Virus record (IMG/VR): IMGVR_UViG_3300000301_000103
Strand: one strand, 5' to 3'
Length of the DNA: 22,496 nt
From: a virus
Taxonomy: Duplodnaviria; Heunggongvirae; Uroviricota; Caudoviricetes
Shown: piece after piece, positions 6,707 through 15,338 of the stretch
Position numbering within the stretch: the first letter of the stretch is position 1
Layout of the letters: each line of letters starts with the position of its first letter
Translations under genes and position numbers: made by a program
Notes under the pieces: generated by a model
The model's database searches: none
The model's input: the letters and a program-made list of their open reading frames with translations, nothing else
What the model was told of the DNA's origin: nothing

Positions 6707-9437
6707 ATGGCAAAAGGAAAATCCGCACTGGCACTTGCTCTGAAAAAGAAAATCGGTAGCAACGACGAAATTCAGAAAGTAACTCATTGGATTGACACAG
6801 GCTTTCCTCCGTTAAACAAAGCTATTTCCGGTCGTTACGATGGCGGTTTCCCATGTGGTCGTATCGTAGAAGTATTCGGGCCACCAAGCGCGGGGAAATG
6901 TGTTACCGCAGACACCATGCTGCTGACGGAGCGTGGAATGGTAACAGTGAAAGAGTTGTTTGAGATTGAAGGGTACAAAGCGACATGCACTACTCGCGAT
7001 GTAGAGCATAACGTTGGACTCATCAATGAAAATGGCGTGATAGAGAAGACCTCACACCTGACATGGAACAACCGTCGCAAATTCAAGCGTATTAAGCTGG
7101 CATCAGGCGGTTATATCGAGGCTACGTTCCGTCACCCAATCCGTGTGGTTGACGACTTAGGTAATGTCGTCTGGCGACATGCTGAAAAAATCAGTGTAGG
7201 CGACACGATTCCTTCAATGGTTGGCACACATCAATTCGGCGATCAGCACCTGGATGCCAATATCGCAAAACTGATGGGCTATTTAATTGCTGACGGATAC
7301 GTGGCCTCTGAAAATTCAGTGAATTTTTCTAACACAGATCCTTTCATCAAGGATGAGTACTACCGCCTCATTTCGCTGGTATCAGACAAGATGCCAGTTG
7401 CGAGAAAACATAACGGCTCGGAAGACCATGTGCTGTTTAGCAAAGAGGTGCGTTCGCTGCTTTTTAAAGAATATGGTCTGGAGTATGAGAAAGCTGCTGG
7501 CAAGCAGGTTCCGTTGAGTGTGCGTCGCGCCAATAGCGAGGCTCAAATTGCATTCCTTCGCGGCTACTTTGAGCTGGAATGCCACGTCAATGATGGTCGC
7601 TGCATTGAGGTTGTGAGCGCGAGTGGGCTGCTGCTACAGCAAATTCGCCTCATGCTCCTGAATCTGGGGATTACGTCAACTATCTCTGAAAAACACGTCG
7701 CGGGTTATGAAAATACATATTACCGGCTGTCATTCAGTGGCTCTAATTACGACCTTTTTCTGTCAACGATTGGTTTCGAATCTCCGGCACGTTTATCAGT
7801 GGCAACCAAACGGGACATTGGTTTTGACCGCACTTACTCAGGCTATGTTCCGCACATCAGCGGCTTAGTGAAATCACTCNNNNNNNNNNNNNNNNNNNNN
7901 NNNNNNNNNNNNNNNNNNNNNNNNNNNNNNNNNNNNNNNNNNNNNNNNNNNNNNNNNNNNNNNNNNNNNNNNNNCACCCGTGAAGACTACGCTCTGGTAG
8001 ACCACGTTATTGGCCGCGGCGATCGTGTCGGAATAGACAAACTGCGAGAAATCTATGTCTCCTTCATTGGCAGAAAGAATCGTTTTAACGAGCATCTGTT
8101 TGCACAACTGGCAGCGGTAATTGGCTCTAACTTGTTCTACGACGAAGTCGTGGCTATTGAGGAAGGTGAAGCACCAACGTTCGACGTAGCGATGCCGGAA
8201 ACACACTCNNNNNNNNNNNNNNNNNNNNNNNNNNNNNNNNNNNNNNNNNNNNNNNNNNNNNNNNNNNNNNNNNNNNNNNNNNNNNNNNNNNNNNNNNNNN
8301 NNNNNNNNGCCACAACACATTCCTTGCAACAGCAGCGATGATCTCCGCTCAAAAACAAGATGGTCTGGCGGTATTCCTCGATCATGAAAACAGTTTTGAC
8401 GTTGGCCTGGCTGCAGCCAATGGCCTGAACGCAGATGAGGATGACGGTCAGTGGGTATACAAGCANNNNNNNNNNNNNNNNNNNNNNNNNNNNNNNNNNN
8501 NNNNNNNNNNNNNNNNNNNNNNNNNNNNNNNNNNNNNNNNNNNNNNNNNNNNNNNNNNNNNNNNNNNNNNNNNNNNNNNNNNNNNNNNNNNNNNNNNNNN
8601 NNNNNNNNNNNNNNNNNNNNNNNNNNNNNNNNNNNNNNNNATCGTGGCTGACTCTCTTGCGTCTATGGTTCCGAACTCCAAAGCCGAGAAGTTCGAAAAG
8701 ATGGCTGAAGGCACAGCCAAAGACAAAGATCAGCTAAACATGAACGACAATACGGCACTGGCTCGTGCGACGAGNNNNNNNNNNNNNNNNNNNNNNNNNN
8801 NNNNNNNNNNNNNNNNNNNNNNNNNNNNNNNNNNNNNNNNNNNNNNNNNNNNNNNNNNNNNNNNNNNNNNNNNNNNNNNNNNNNNCACGCAAATACAACG
8901 CCTGCATCATCTTCTTGAATCAGGTTCGCACAAAAATCGGTGTAATGTTTGGCGACCCTACTACGTCGCCAGGTGGAGATTCACCGAAGTTCTACGCTTC
9001 TGTACGTATCCGTCTTGGTGCATCGGTGATGAAGGATGGTAAAGAGAAGATCGGCCAGGACGTAGGCGCAGAATGCATCAAAAACAAAGTTGCACCACCG
9101 TATGGCAAATGCACCTGGAAATTCTACTTCGATCCTACTCGTGGCCTCGACGTTATCGAGTCGCTCGTCGAGTACATGCTGGAAGAAGGATACCTGCCAA
9201 AGAACGCCAGCGGTCGAGTAGAAATTGGTGACAAGAAATACACCAAATCACAAATCGTCGAGATGTATCGGGAGAAGCCACNNNNNNNNNNNNNNNNNNN
9301 NNNNNNNNNNNNNNNNNNNNNNNNNNNNNNNNNNNNNNNNNNNNNNNNNNNNNNNNNNNNNNNNNNNNNNNGCGGCTTTACAGGCAATCGACGACCGGAG
9401 ATCAAAAGACAATCCCACCGAGTCAGTAGAAGAGTAA
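6707..9437 (+). CDS. recA: RecA-family recombinase interrupted by an intein
   Basis: ATG preceded by AAAGGAG. Walker A GPPSAGK is followed directly by an intein; C-extein has IIFLNQVRTKIGVMFGDPTTSPGGDSPKFYASVRIRL, the RecA core signature. Four N-runs lie inside the gene and frames shift across three; stop TAA 9435-9437. Confidence 0.8.
6899..8316 (+). other. Intein with LAGLIDADG homing-endonuclease domain, inserted in the RecA P-loop
   Basis: Starts with Cys right after GPPSAGK (CVTADTMLL, block A); TxxH block B (EATFRHP); LAGLIDADG-like LMGYLIADGY and IAFLRGYFELE; block F-like TFDVAMPETH; ends HN followed by Thr (cac aac aca at 8311-8319). N-runs 7880-7974 and 8209-8308 lie inside. Confidence 0.7.
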
Positions 9438-9441
9438 ACAC

Positions 9442-9468
9442 AAGGCGTCCACAGGACGCCTTTTTTAT
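9442..9468 (+). terminator. Rho-independent terminator (AAGGCGTCC-ACA-GGACGCCTT + TTTTAT)
   Basis: 9-bp perfect stem and T-run 5 nt after the recA stop. Confidence 0.7.
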
Positions 9469-9480
9469 CTCTTGAAAATA

Positions 9481-9500
9481 TATAAGTGCTTACTTATCAT
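9481..9500 (+). promoter_or_regulatory. Recurrent imperfect palindrome site 3 (ATAAGT-GCTT-ACTTAT); also fits TTGAAA-17 nt-TATCAT
   Basis: Inverted hexamers ATAAGT/ACTTAT; TTGAAA at 9472-9477 and TATCAT at 9495-9500 are spaced 17 nt. Confidence 0.45.
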
Positions 9501-9529
9501 TTTCACATAACAACCACATAGGAAAACAC

Positions 9530-9730
9530 ATGATCAAAATCTATCTATTGGCAGTAGCCACAGGCCTTTCAGTGGCTCTCATCTACGGATTACTGGTTCC
9601 GTCGCTGATTTCTGCAAAGAGTGATTTGGCCGTCATGCTTGGAGTTCTCGTTGGTTTTGGCGCTCCAGTAATCGGTCTTATTGGTGGTCGTAAGTTTATT
9701 AACTCATTAATCAAAGCAAAGGGGAAATAA
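9530..9730 (+). CDS. Small membrane protein (66 aa, two predicted transmembrane helices)
   Basis: ATG preceded by AGGAAAACAC; almost entirely hydrophobic with a short basic tail; stop is 3 nt before the SPFH gene start. Confidence 0.6.
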   Translation: MIKIYLLAVATGLSVALIYGLLVPSLISAKSDLAVMLGVLVGFGAPVIGLIGGRKFINSLIKAKGK

Positions 9731-9733
9731 GTA

Positions 9734-10643
9734 ATGAAGAAAGGTTTACTTGCAGTTGCTCTGGCGGCTATTTGCACAATGGGTCTTACTGGCTGTGATC
9801 GCGTGGAGCCTGGATACGTTGGCATCAAAGTAAACAAATTAGGTGAAGACAAAGGGATTGGTGAAGTGGTTGGCGTTGGTCGCCAATGGACAGGTCTTAA
9901 CACCGAACTTTACGTATTCCCGACCTTCAAACAAATGAAGACCTACGACGAGCCGTTCACATTCCAGATGAGTGACGGTACTGCTATTGGTCACAAAATT
10001 GGCGTTGCGTATCTGGTTAATCGTGACAAGGTAACTACGGTGTTCCAGACCTATCGCAAAGGCGTAGACGATATCACCGNNNNNNNNNNNNNNNNNNNNN
10101 NNNNNNNNNNNNNNNNNNNNNNNNNNNNNNNNNNNNNNNNNNNNNNNCGATATCACCGAATCAGATCTGCGTCAGAAAATTGCCGACTCTCTAAACCGTT
10201 TGGCCAGCCGTATGACCACTGACTCATTTATCGACGGTGGTAAGGCACAATTGCTGGACAACGCACTGAAAGATATTCAGAAAGAGATGTCTCCGGTTGG
10301 TATTGAGGTACTGAGCCTGTCATGGGTTGGAAAGCCTGATTACCCAAAAACTGTCATTGAATCTATTAACGCCAAAGTAACGGCTAACCAGCGTACTCTG
10401 CAACGTCAGCAGGAAGTTGAACAACGTAAAGCTGAGGCGAATATGCTACGTGAACAGGCTAATGGTGAAGCTGATGCTATCCGTGCTCGTGCGCAAGCAG
10501 AAGCAGACGCCATTCGTCTGCGCGGTGAAGCTCTGCGTCAAAACCCGAACGTTATGGAACTGGAAGCCATCAATAAATGGAATGGCCAGTTACCGCAGTA
10601 CATGACTCAAGGGGCTAACACTCCTTTCATTACAGTGAAATAA
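9734..10643 (+). CDS. SPFH/Band 7 (prohibitin/HflC-like) domain lipoprotein
   Basis: Signal peptide with lipobox LTGC; Band-7-like core and Ala/Glu/Arg-rich coiled-coil tail (AEANMLREQANGEADAIRARAQAEADAIRLRGEAL). N-run 10080-10147 interrupts it and is flanked by identical 10-mers GATATCACCG. Confidence 0.7.
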
Positions 10644-10659
10644 CTCCCCTAAAAAGTTC

Positions 10660-10688
10660 AGGCGTCCAGTTGGACGCCTTTTTTATCG
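10660..10688 (+). terminator. Rho-independent terminator (AGGCGTCC-AGTT-GGACGCCT + TTTTTTATC)
   Basis: 8-bp perfect stem and T6 run 17 nt after the SPFH stop; same stem sequence as the terminator at 9442. Confidence 0.7.
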
Positions 10689-10734
10689 CAATTATCTTAT
10701 TAAGAAAACAATTTGTTTAAAAGGATAAGAAAAC

Positions 10735-11238
10735 ATGACAGCTATTAAGAAACTCTACGATGCCGCAAACGTGGCTCTGGATGTTATTGATGATGAAGTA
10801 GCAAAAGGCTTTCCTGAACCTGATTGGGCGCATCAGCTACGAAACGCTATCGCAGAAATGACCCCACCAGATCCAACCCCCGACGAGACAGACTGGCAGC
10901 GATTCATCCGTATGTACGCTCAGGAAATAGGTCCAACGCCAACGGCAGAGCAGGCAATGCTGCTGAAATACTTCAAAGAGGCGGGAGAGGATTTACCAAT
11001 TGATGACTCAGCATATTGGTTCCACNNNNNNNNNNNNNNNNNNNNNNNNNNNNNNNNNNNNNNNNNNNNNNNNNNNNNNNNNNNNNNNNNNNNNNNNNNN
11101 NNNNNNNNNNNNNGTAAGTATGACGTGATATTCACACAAGGCATGGGAAGCAAAGATATGGTTGTGTGGCATCTACTCCATATAGACACAGCCGTTGACA
11201 GAGTTATTGAACAGTTTTTCCCTAAACAAGAAGATTGA
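10735..11238 (+). CDS. Hypothetical protein (about 167 aa; N-run 11026-11113 inside)
   Basis: ATG preceded by AAAGGATAAGAAAAC; protein-like composition on both sides of the gap in the same frame. Confidence 0.55.
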   Translation: MTAIKKLYDAANVALDVIDDEVAKGFPEPDWAHQLRNAIAEMTPPDPTPDETDWQRFIRMYAQEIGPTPTAEQAMLLKYFKEAGEDLPIDDSAYWFHXXXXXXXXXXXXXXXXXXXXXXXXXXXXXXKYDVIFTQGMGSKDMVVWHLLHIDTAVDRVIEQFFPKQED

Positions 11239-11293
11239 TCGCCTATTCATAACTAACAAAATAAGTAAACACTAACCACAAAAGGAAAAACAC

Positions 11294-11569
11294 ATGAGAG
11301 TTTTAGTTCGAATCGTTACCAGCACTGTCTATGACGTGTTTCCACTTTTTATGATCAAAGTCGATGGCCTTAACGACGAAGAAACTGACGCGCTGATCCA
11401 GCGTACTCTTGTTGAATATACAGGTCATGACGCTGATTCAGTGATGGTTGATGATGATGGTGTTTGTTGGCATAACGGCAACTGTTGGTACGTAGAAGAG
11501 ACTCAACAAATCAGTGATGAAGATGCCGCACATCTTGAGCGTATTTTAAGCATCAGCACTTTTGAGTGA
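11294..11569 (+). CDS. Hypothetical acidic protein (91 aa)
   Basis: ATG preceded by the conserved AAAAGGAAAAACAC leader; no recognisable motifs. Confidence 0.55.
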   Translation: MRVLVRIVTSTVYDVFPLFMIKVDGLNDEETDALIQRTLVEYTGHDADSVMVDDDGVCWHNGNCWYVEETQQISDEDAAHLERILSISTFE

Positions 11570-11587
11570 GTTTACAGTAAAATTTAT

Positions 11588-11609
11588 ATAAGTTAGTATC
11601 TACCTATCA
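11588..11609 (+). promoter_or_regulatory. Recurrent imperfect palindrome site 4 (ATAAGTTAGTATCTACCTATCA)
   Basis: Same motif family, in the intergenic region after the 11569 stop. Confidence 0.4.
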
Positions 11610-11788
11610 TGAAGATTTTTATTGAATACTTGTTACTCATCGTTTCAATAGCTTTTGTCATCGACTGCATTTTCACCGGTGTCATTCGTAAAGTCTTTTC
11701 CCCGGTGAACGACGTAGTCATAAACGCTTTGGCTATCGTGCTCGTATTTAATTCAGCATTTGATGTAATCAAAGAGGTGGCAGCATGA
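11609..11788 (+). CDS. Possible small hydrophobic membrane protein (59 aa)
   Basis: ORF MKIFIEYLLLIVSIAFVIDCIF..., stop overlaps the next ATG (ATGA); no Shine-Dalgarno and the start sits inside the palindrome motif, so it may not be translated. Confidence 0.25.
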   Translation: MKIFIEYLLLIVSIAFVIDCIFTGVIRKVFSPVNDVVINALAIVLVFNSAFDVIKEVAA

Positions 11789-12120
11789 AGGCCATCCCAT
11801 TCGCTCTGTTGTTCCTTTCCTCGATCGTTGTGGCCGACACCACTGTTTATCAGTGTGAAATGTCTGTAGCCGACGTTAAGAATGGCGCTCTTACCGACGT
11901 CATAAAAGCACCATATGGAGCGATGGTCGTAGACAGCGGCGACCAGTTCTATGTTGTGCGTGACGATCGAGTGTTGTCATCCCCATATCTCACAAATCGT
12001 AATGGCAAATTAACCGGCGTCGGAGAAGACCACTTCGTATACAACAAATACAAGGGCTTCTATGGCGTTCACGCTTCTCAGCAAAGCTACCTTTTCGATG
12101 ACTGCAAGGAGGTTGGATAA
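11785..12120 (+). CDS. Secreted or periplasmic hypothetical protein (111 aa) with N-terminal signal peptide
   Basis: ATG preceded by AGAGGTGG; signal-peptide-like N-terminus MKAIPFALLFLSSIVVA. Confidence 0.6.
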   Translation: MKAIPFALLFLSSIVVADTTVYQCEMSVADVKNGALTDVIKAPYGAMVVDSGDQFYVVRDDRVLSSPYLTNRNGKLTGVGEDHFVYNKYKGFYGVHASQQSYLFDDCKEVG

Positions 12121-12332
12121 TGGCATTAACACTGGCAGGTCTGGAAATCGAGAAAACAAGCGGCTACTGGCGTGCTAAGGGTTTCAAGCAGCCTGGCATT
12201 CTTGAGCGTCTGGAACGTGAAGATGGGTATATCGTCCACCAGCGGCGTGAATGGCGTATGTACGATCCAGAAACAGGAAAACTGACTACAAAAGCCGGAA
12301 CACTTTGGGGCCTGTTGAAGAAAATACACTAA
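12120..12332 (+). CDS. Hypothetical basic protein (70 aa)
   Basis: ATG overlaps the upstream stop (TAATG), preceded by AAGGAGG. Confidence 0.5.
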   Translation: MALTLAGLEIEKTSGYWRAKGFKQPGILERLEREDGYIVHQRREWRMYDPETGKLTTKAGTLWGLLKKIH

Positions 12333-12342
12333 TAGCACCAAC

Positions 12343-12820
12343 CACTGCGGTGAGTAGCCAGCTCACCGCATTCGTATCAGCTCATTATCCACTGTGGTCT
12401 GCAGTCCTCTCTTCCTACATATCTGCTAACCACTGTAGCGAGTAGACAGCCTTTCATTCGCATCAAACAACCACTATGGTGAGTATTGGAGTGAGATGTC
12501 CAGCGGGTATCCACTATGGTGAGTAAGCCTTTGCTGTTTTCAGTGGATATCCACTCGCCACAGTGGATACGCTCAAAGATGAGGGCGACAACAACCACTA
12601 TAGACAGTAAATTTTCCAAGATACCCAGTGACCACTAACCTCGCAGCCCTTGTTTCATCAGTGTTAGTGATCACTAACATTTGATTCAGTATTTGCATTC
12701 TACTGCCTACAGTGGTTATCAACAGATAACGATACTCACTATAGTGGATAGCGAATTACAGATATAAGTAAGGCTCACTACAGTGGATAGTGAGCCTTAC
12801 TACTAACTACAGTGGTTGGG
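12343..12820. repeat. Iteron-like array downstream of repA: about 12 sites with core CCACT(A/G)T(A/G)G / CTA(T/C)AGTGG in both orientations, plus perfect palindromes
   Basis: CCACTATGGTGAGTA at 12471 and 12511; variants at 12343, 12430, 12595; CACTATAGTGGATAG at 12736; CACTACAGTGGATAG at 12777; palindromes GTGGATATCCAC (12543-12554) and GTTAGTGATCACTAAC (12663-12678). Confidence 0.7.
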
Positions 12821-13876
12821 CTATTTGCGAGTCTTTGCCTTGCGCAACTCTTCGAGAAGCGCCAGTTCTTCTTTACTCAACATGACCATTTTGCCTTCTT
12901 TTTCGTCAGGCACAACGTCGATAATGTCATCTTGATTCTCATCTGGGAGGCTATATTCCGTCTCATCATTATCGATTTTTGTTGATATTTGTGCCTGGCG
13001 TAACTTTGGCCGCCTATAGTGGATGACGAAGTAGACCGAGTTTCCGCGCTTAACTTCCGTGTAATCGAGATATCCTATCTCTCGCAGCTGTTCCATAGCC
13101 TTTCTTACCGTCGCATTCTGAGTAATAGTGCGACTTGTCAGATTAAGTCTGGCGCGTAAACGGGCTAGTGATATTGGTGCCGGATCAGGCGGCAAACTTT
13201 CAATAAAAGTATAAAGCGCCTGAGCGGATTCTTTTCTTGAGAGTTCGTTTATAGCCCGGAGTTGCAGAAGAACCTTTTTGTCGAACTGGTAGAGTTCGAA
13301 AATCTTGGGATCTGCTTTCAGTTCGACCGTATCGTGCTTGACACTATATTTTGCCGTTTGCACAAGATGCGTTACGTAAAACTCATCAGAGCCTTTGCTA
13401 CGGAACGAGATGGTATTTGTGGCAATACGGCTTAGCGAACTGTCCAGGCGTTTGCGTAACTTCGCTGATGACCTGGCGGTCGGAATGCCACACAGCCTTA
13501 CAAACTCAACGAACGGCAACGTGACAGTATCGCCAACGACCTTGTGTTTGGCAAACGCGTGGATTATTCCCACCCACGTTTTAAAGTCGTTATCCATATC
13601 AAGCCGAAGGCCAGAGATCCTTATGTCTTCGTACCCTTCGGCTTTTGCCAGAGACAGCTGTTTGAGTTCAGCAGAGGCATCCATAGAGACCATTTGCCCC
13701 TTTCTTCCTCTGGATGTCGATTTCAGCGTCGGAACGAAGAGGCCCAGACGCATCAAAGCAACAGGCTGAACAGTGTTATTAGTGTTAGGAACCAACGTAA
13801 CAACTTCGCCTGTCTTTTTATCTGTTTCTGAAAATGCTTCAACGATCGCTATGTTTTTATTGCCGTTTTCGCTCAT
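12821..13876 (-). CDS. repA: Plasmid-type replication initiator RepA (iteron-binding, Rep_3 / RepFIB / P1 RepA-like)
   Basis: 351-aa minus-strand ORF flanked on both sides by iteron arrays; two winged-helix-like halves and general resemblance to RepE/RepA initiators as I recall them. The ATG at 13874-13876 has only a weak Shine-Dalgarno. Confidence 0.75.
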   Translation of the reverse strand: MSENGNKNIAIVEAFSETDKKTGEVVTLVPNTNNTVQPVALMRLGLFVPTLKSTSRGRKGQMVSMDASAELKQLSLAKAEGYEDIRISGLRLDMDNDFKTWVGIIHAFAKHKVVGDTVTLPFVEFVRLCGIPTARSSAKLRKRLDSSLSRIATNTISFRSKGSDEFYVTHLVQTAKYSVKHDTVELKADPKIFELYQFDKKVLLQLRAINELSRKESAQALYTFIESLPPDPAPISLARLRARLNLTSRTITQNATVRKAMEQLREIGYLDYTEVKRGNSVYFVIHYRRPKLRQAQISTKIDNDETEYSLPDENQDDIIDVVPDEKEGKMVMLSKEELALLEELRKAKTRK

Positions 13877-13921
13877 TCCAAATGTCTCTTGTTATTCGAC
13901 GGCTTTGGTGGCCTTTGCTGA

Positions 13922-14036
13922 TTACAGTGGATAGTAGCACTCATCACAGCGGTTATCCTACCGTCTATAGTGGTTTTTCTCCTCTCTATAGTGGTTGCTT
14001 TGCTCCCTATAGTGGATTATTCGCTCTCTATAGTGG
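13922..14036. repeat. Iteron cluster A: six direct repeats (core CTATAGTGG) at 21-22 bp spacing, immediately upstream of repA
   Basis: Core 9-mers start at 13922, 13944, 13965, 13986, 14007 and 14028; the last four are exact CTATAGTGG. Confidence 0.8.
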
Positions 14037-14040
14037 ATAT

Positions 14041-14320
14041 CGATCATGTCTGAAGGCAGATGGCGCAACGGTTTGAGGTGGGCGGGGATCTTATTGGGTC
14101 TTTATGGGTCTCTTTGGTTCTCTTTGTGATCTGAATTACTGGATCGGGCCTGTGGATAAAATCAGAGGATTTCAAGAACAGGTAACTCTACTCTTCTGTG
14201 GATATTTAAGGACATAAGAATCATGACTAAGAGTAGAGTTTAAAATATATCTATGTATATCAGTATGTTAATGAAGAATTAAGTCATTAAGTTATCCATA
14301 AAAGACAATGTGCTCTACTC
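14041..14320. other. Putative origin spacer: degenerate GATC/GGTC block (14081-14145) and AT-rich segment containing a 12-bp inverted repeat (14184-14195 / 14229-14240)
   Basis: The block resembles the GATC cluster at 14464-14517 but with GGGTC/GGTTC in place of several GATC; AACTCTACTCTT and AAGAGTAGAGTT are exact reverse complements; 14200-14300 is AT-rich. Confidence 0.4.
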
Positions 14321-14321
14321 T

Positions 14322-14416
14322 CTACAGTGGATATATACAGCTCTCCAGAGTGGTTGTTTTACTCTTCATAGCGGTTATTCAGCTCTCTACAGAGGTTTCT
14401 TTGCTCTCCATAGTGG
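14322..14416. repeat. Iteron cluster B: five degenerate direct repeats (CTACAGTGG, CCAGAGTGG, TCATAGCGG, CTACAGAGG, CCATAGTGG) at about 21 bp spacing
   Basis: Repeat starts at 14322, 14343, 14366, 14387, 14408, same orientation as cluster A. Confidence 0.7.
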
Positions 14417-14463
14417 ATGGCAACACCCTTTCAGACCAGTAACCGCAACGGCTAGAGGCGATC

Positions 14464-14517
14464 GGGGATCTCTTTGGATCTTCTATTTGATCTTACTTGG
14501 GATCTCTTATTTGGATC
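14464..14517. promoter_or_regulatory. Cluster of five GATC sites at roughly helical-turn spacing (possible Dam-methylation-sensitive origin element)
   Basis: GATC at 14467, 14477, 14489, 14501 and 14514 within TTGGATCT-like repeats. Confidence 0.5.
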
Positions 14518-14618
14518 TATCCAGTGGATAACTGGGATAAGTAAAACAGGCAAATGCAGATTAAGGTATGCCTAATGAGTTATCGTAGCATCGGCCAATA
14601 ACTACTGAAAAAACGATT

Positions 14619-15263
14619 ATGGATCTAAAACGCACGCGCTGGGTTCGTCGTCTTGAGGACGGCTCCTACACTATCGAATCAAATTCCAACCTGAATAAGC
14701 AGAAGTTGCTTTGTGACATCTGCGGTATAGCGGCGAAGTGCCCGATCTACGAAACCAGAATTAAACTTGATAAGGCTGGTGTGAATTTTCATTTAAACAG
14801 TTGCATCAGGTACGTTCCATTGCTCGCATTTCGTAAACCGATCATCGGATTGGATGCACCCTACTTCAACACACTCCGTTCAGGTGTGACGTGGCAAGAT
14901 CGTTTATCACCAGACAAGCTGATTTGCCTTGTATCCGCAGACACAGGGAAAATCATCCGTTTTGGGAAAGTAGACAAGGTTTACTCAGGCCCAGTAGACG
15001 AAATGTTGCGGAAACACAGCCGGTTTAATCATCTCTGTATGGGTGGTGAGAAAATCGAGAAGGTAGAAGAAGTGATCCGCAAATCCTACGGACACTTCCT
15101 GACCAAAGATAGCCTGCTCACCGCAATCTACATCAGACATGTAAAACGTGAGTTCGACCTCGAATACCACAGTGAAGAAGAGCTTAACCTTGTTGACCCA
15201 CGTCCAAAAGCTGGCGTCATAAGCATAAACGCAGCGCGTAAAAAGCCCACTGAGACGTTTTAA
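14619..15263 (+). CDS. Hypothetical protein (214 aa)
   Basis: Long ORF in an otherwise empty interval; weak RBS; no recognisable motifs. Confidence 0.5.
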   Translation: MDLKRTRWVRRLEDGSYTIESNSNLNKQKLLCDICGIAAKCPIYETRIKLDKAGVNFHLNSCIRYVPLLAFRKPIIGLDAPYFNTLRSGVTWQDRLSPDKLICLVSADTGKIIRFGKVDKVYSGPVDEMLRKHSRFNHLCMGGEKIEKVEEVIRKSYGHFLTKDSLLTAIYIRHVKREFDLEYHSEEELNLVDPRPKAGVISINAARKKPTETF

Positions 15264-15338
15264 ACGTAATCTCAGGGTTTAACCGAGGCATAAAATATGG
15301 TGCATTAGAAAGACACTGAGGGCTTTTAGGATTAATAC

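Noticed and set aside
13395-13831. Plus-strand ORFs 13395-13769 and 13544-13831
   Set aside because: Entirely antisense to the well-supported repA gene, with Ser/Arg-rich composition typical of antisense frames.
13922-14416. Periodic direct repeats considered as a possible CRISPR array
   Set aside because: Repeat core is only ~9-12 bp with ~21-bp period and degenerate copies, no uniform spacers and no cas genes; position flanking repA fits iterons.
13834-14531. ORFs 13834-14076 and 14310-14531 (+) with repetitive YSG-type translations
   Set aside because: They are read-through translations of the iteron arrays (the periodic 21-bp repeats generate the repetitive peptide); no RBS; regulatory DNA, not coding.
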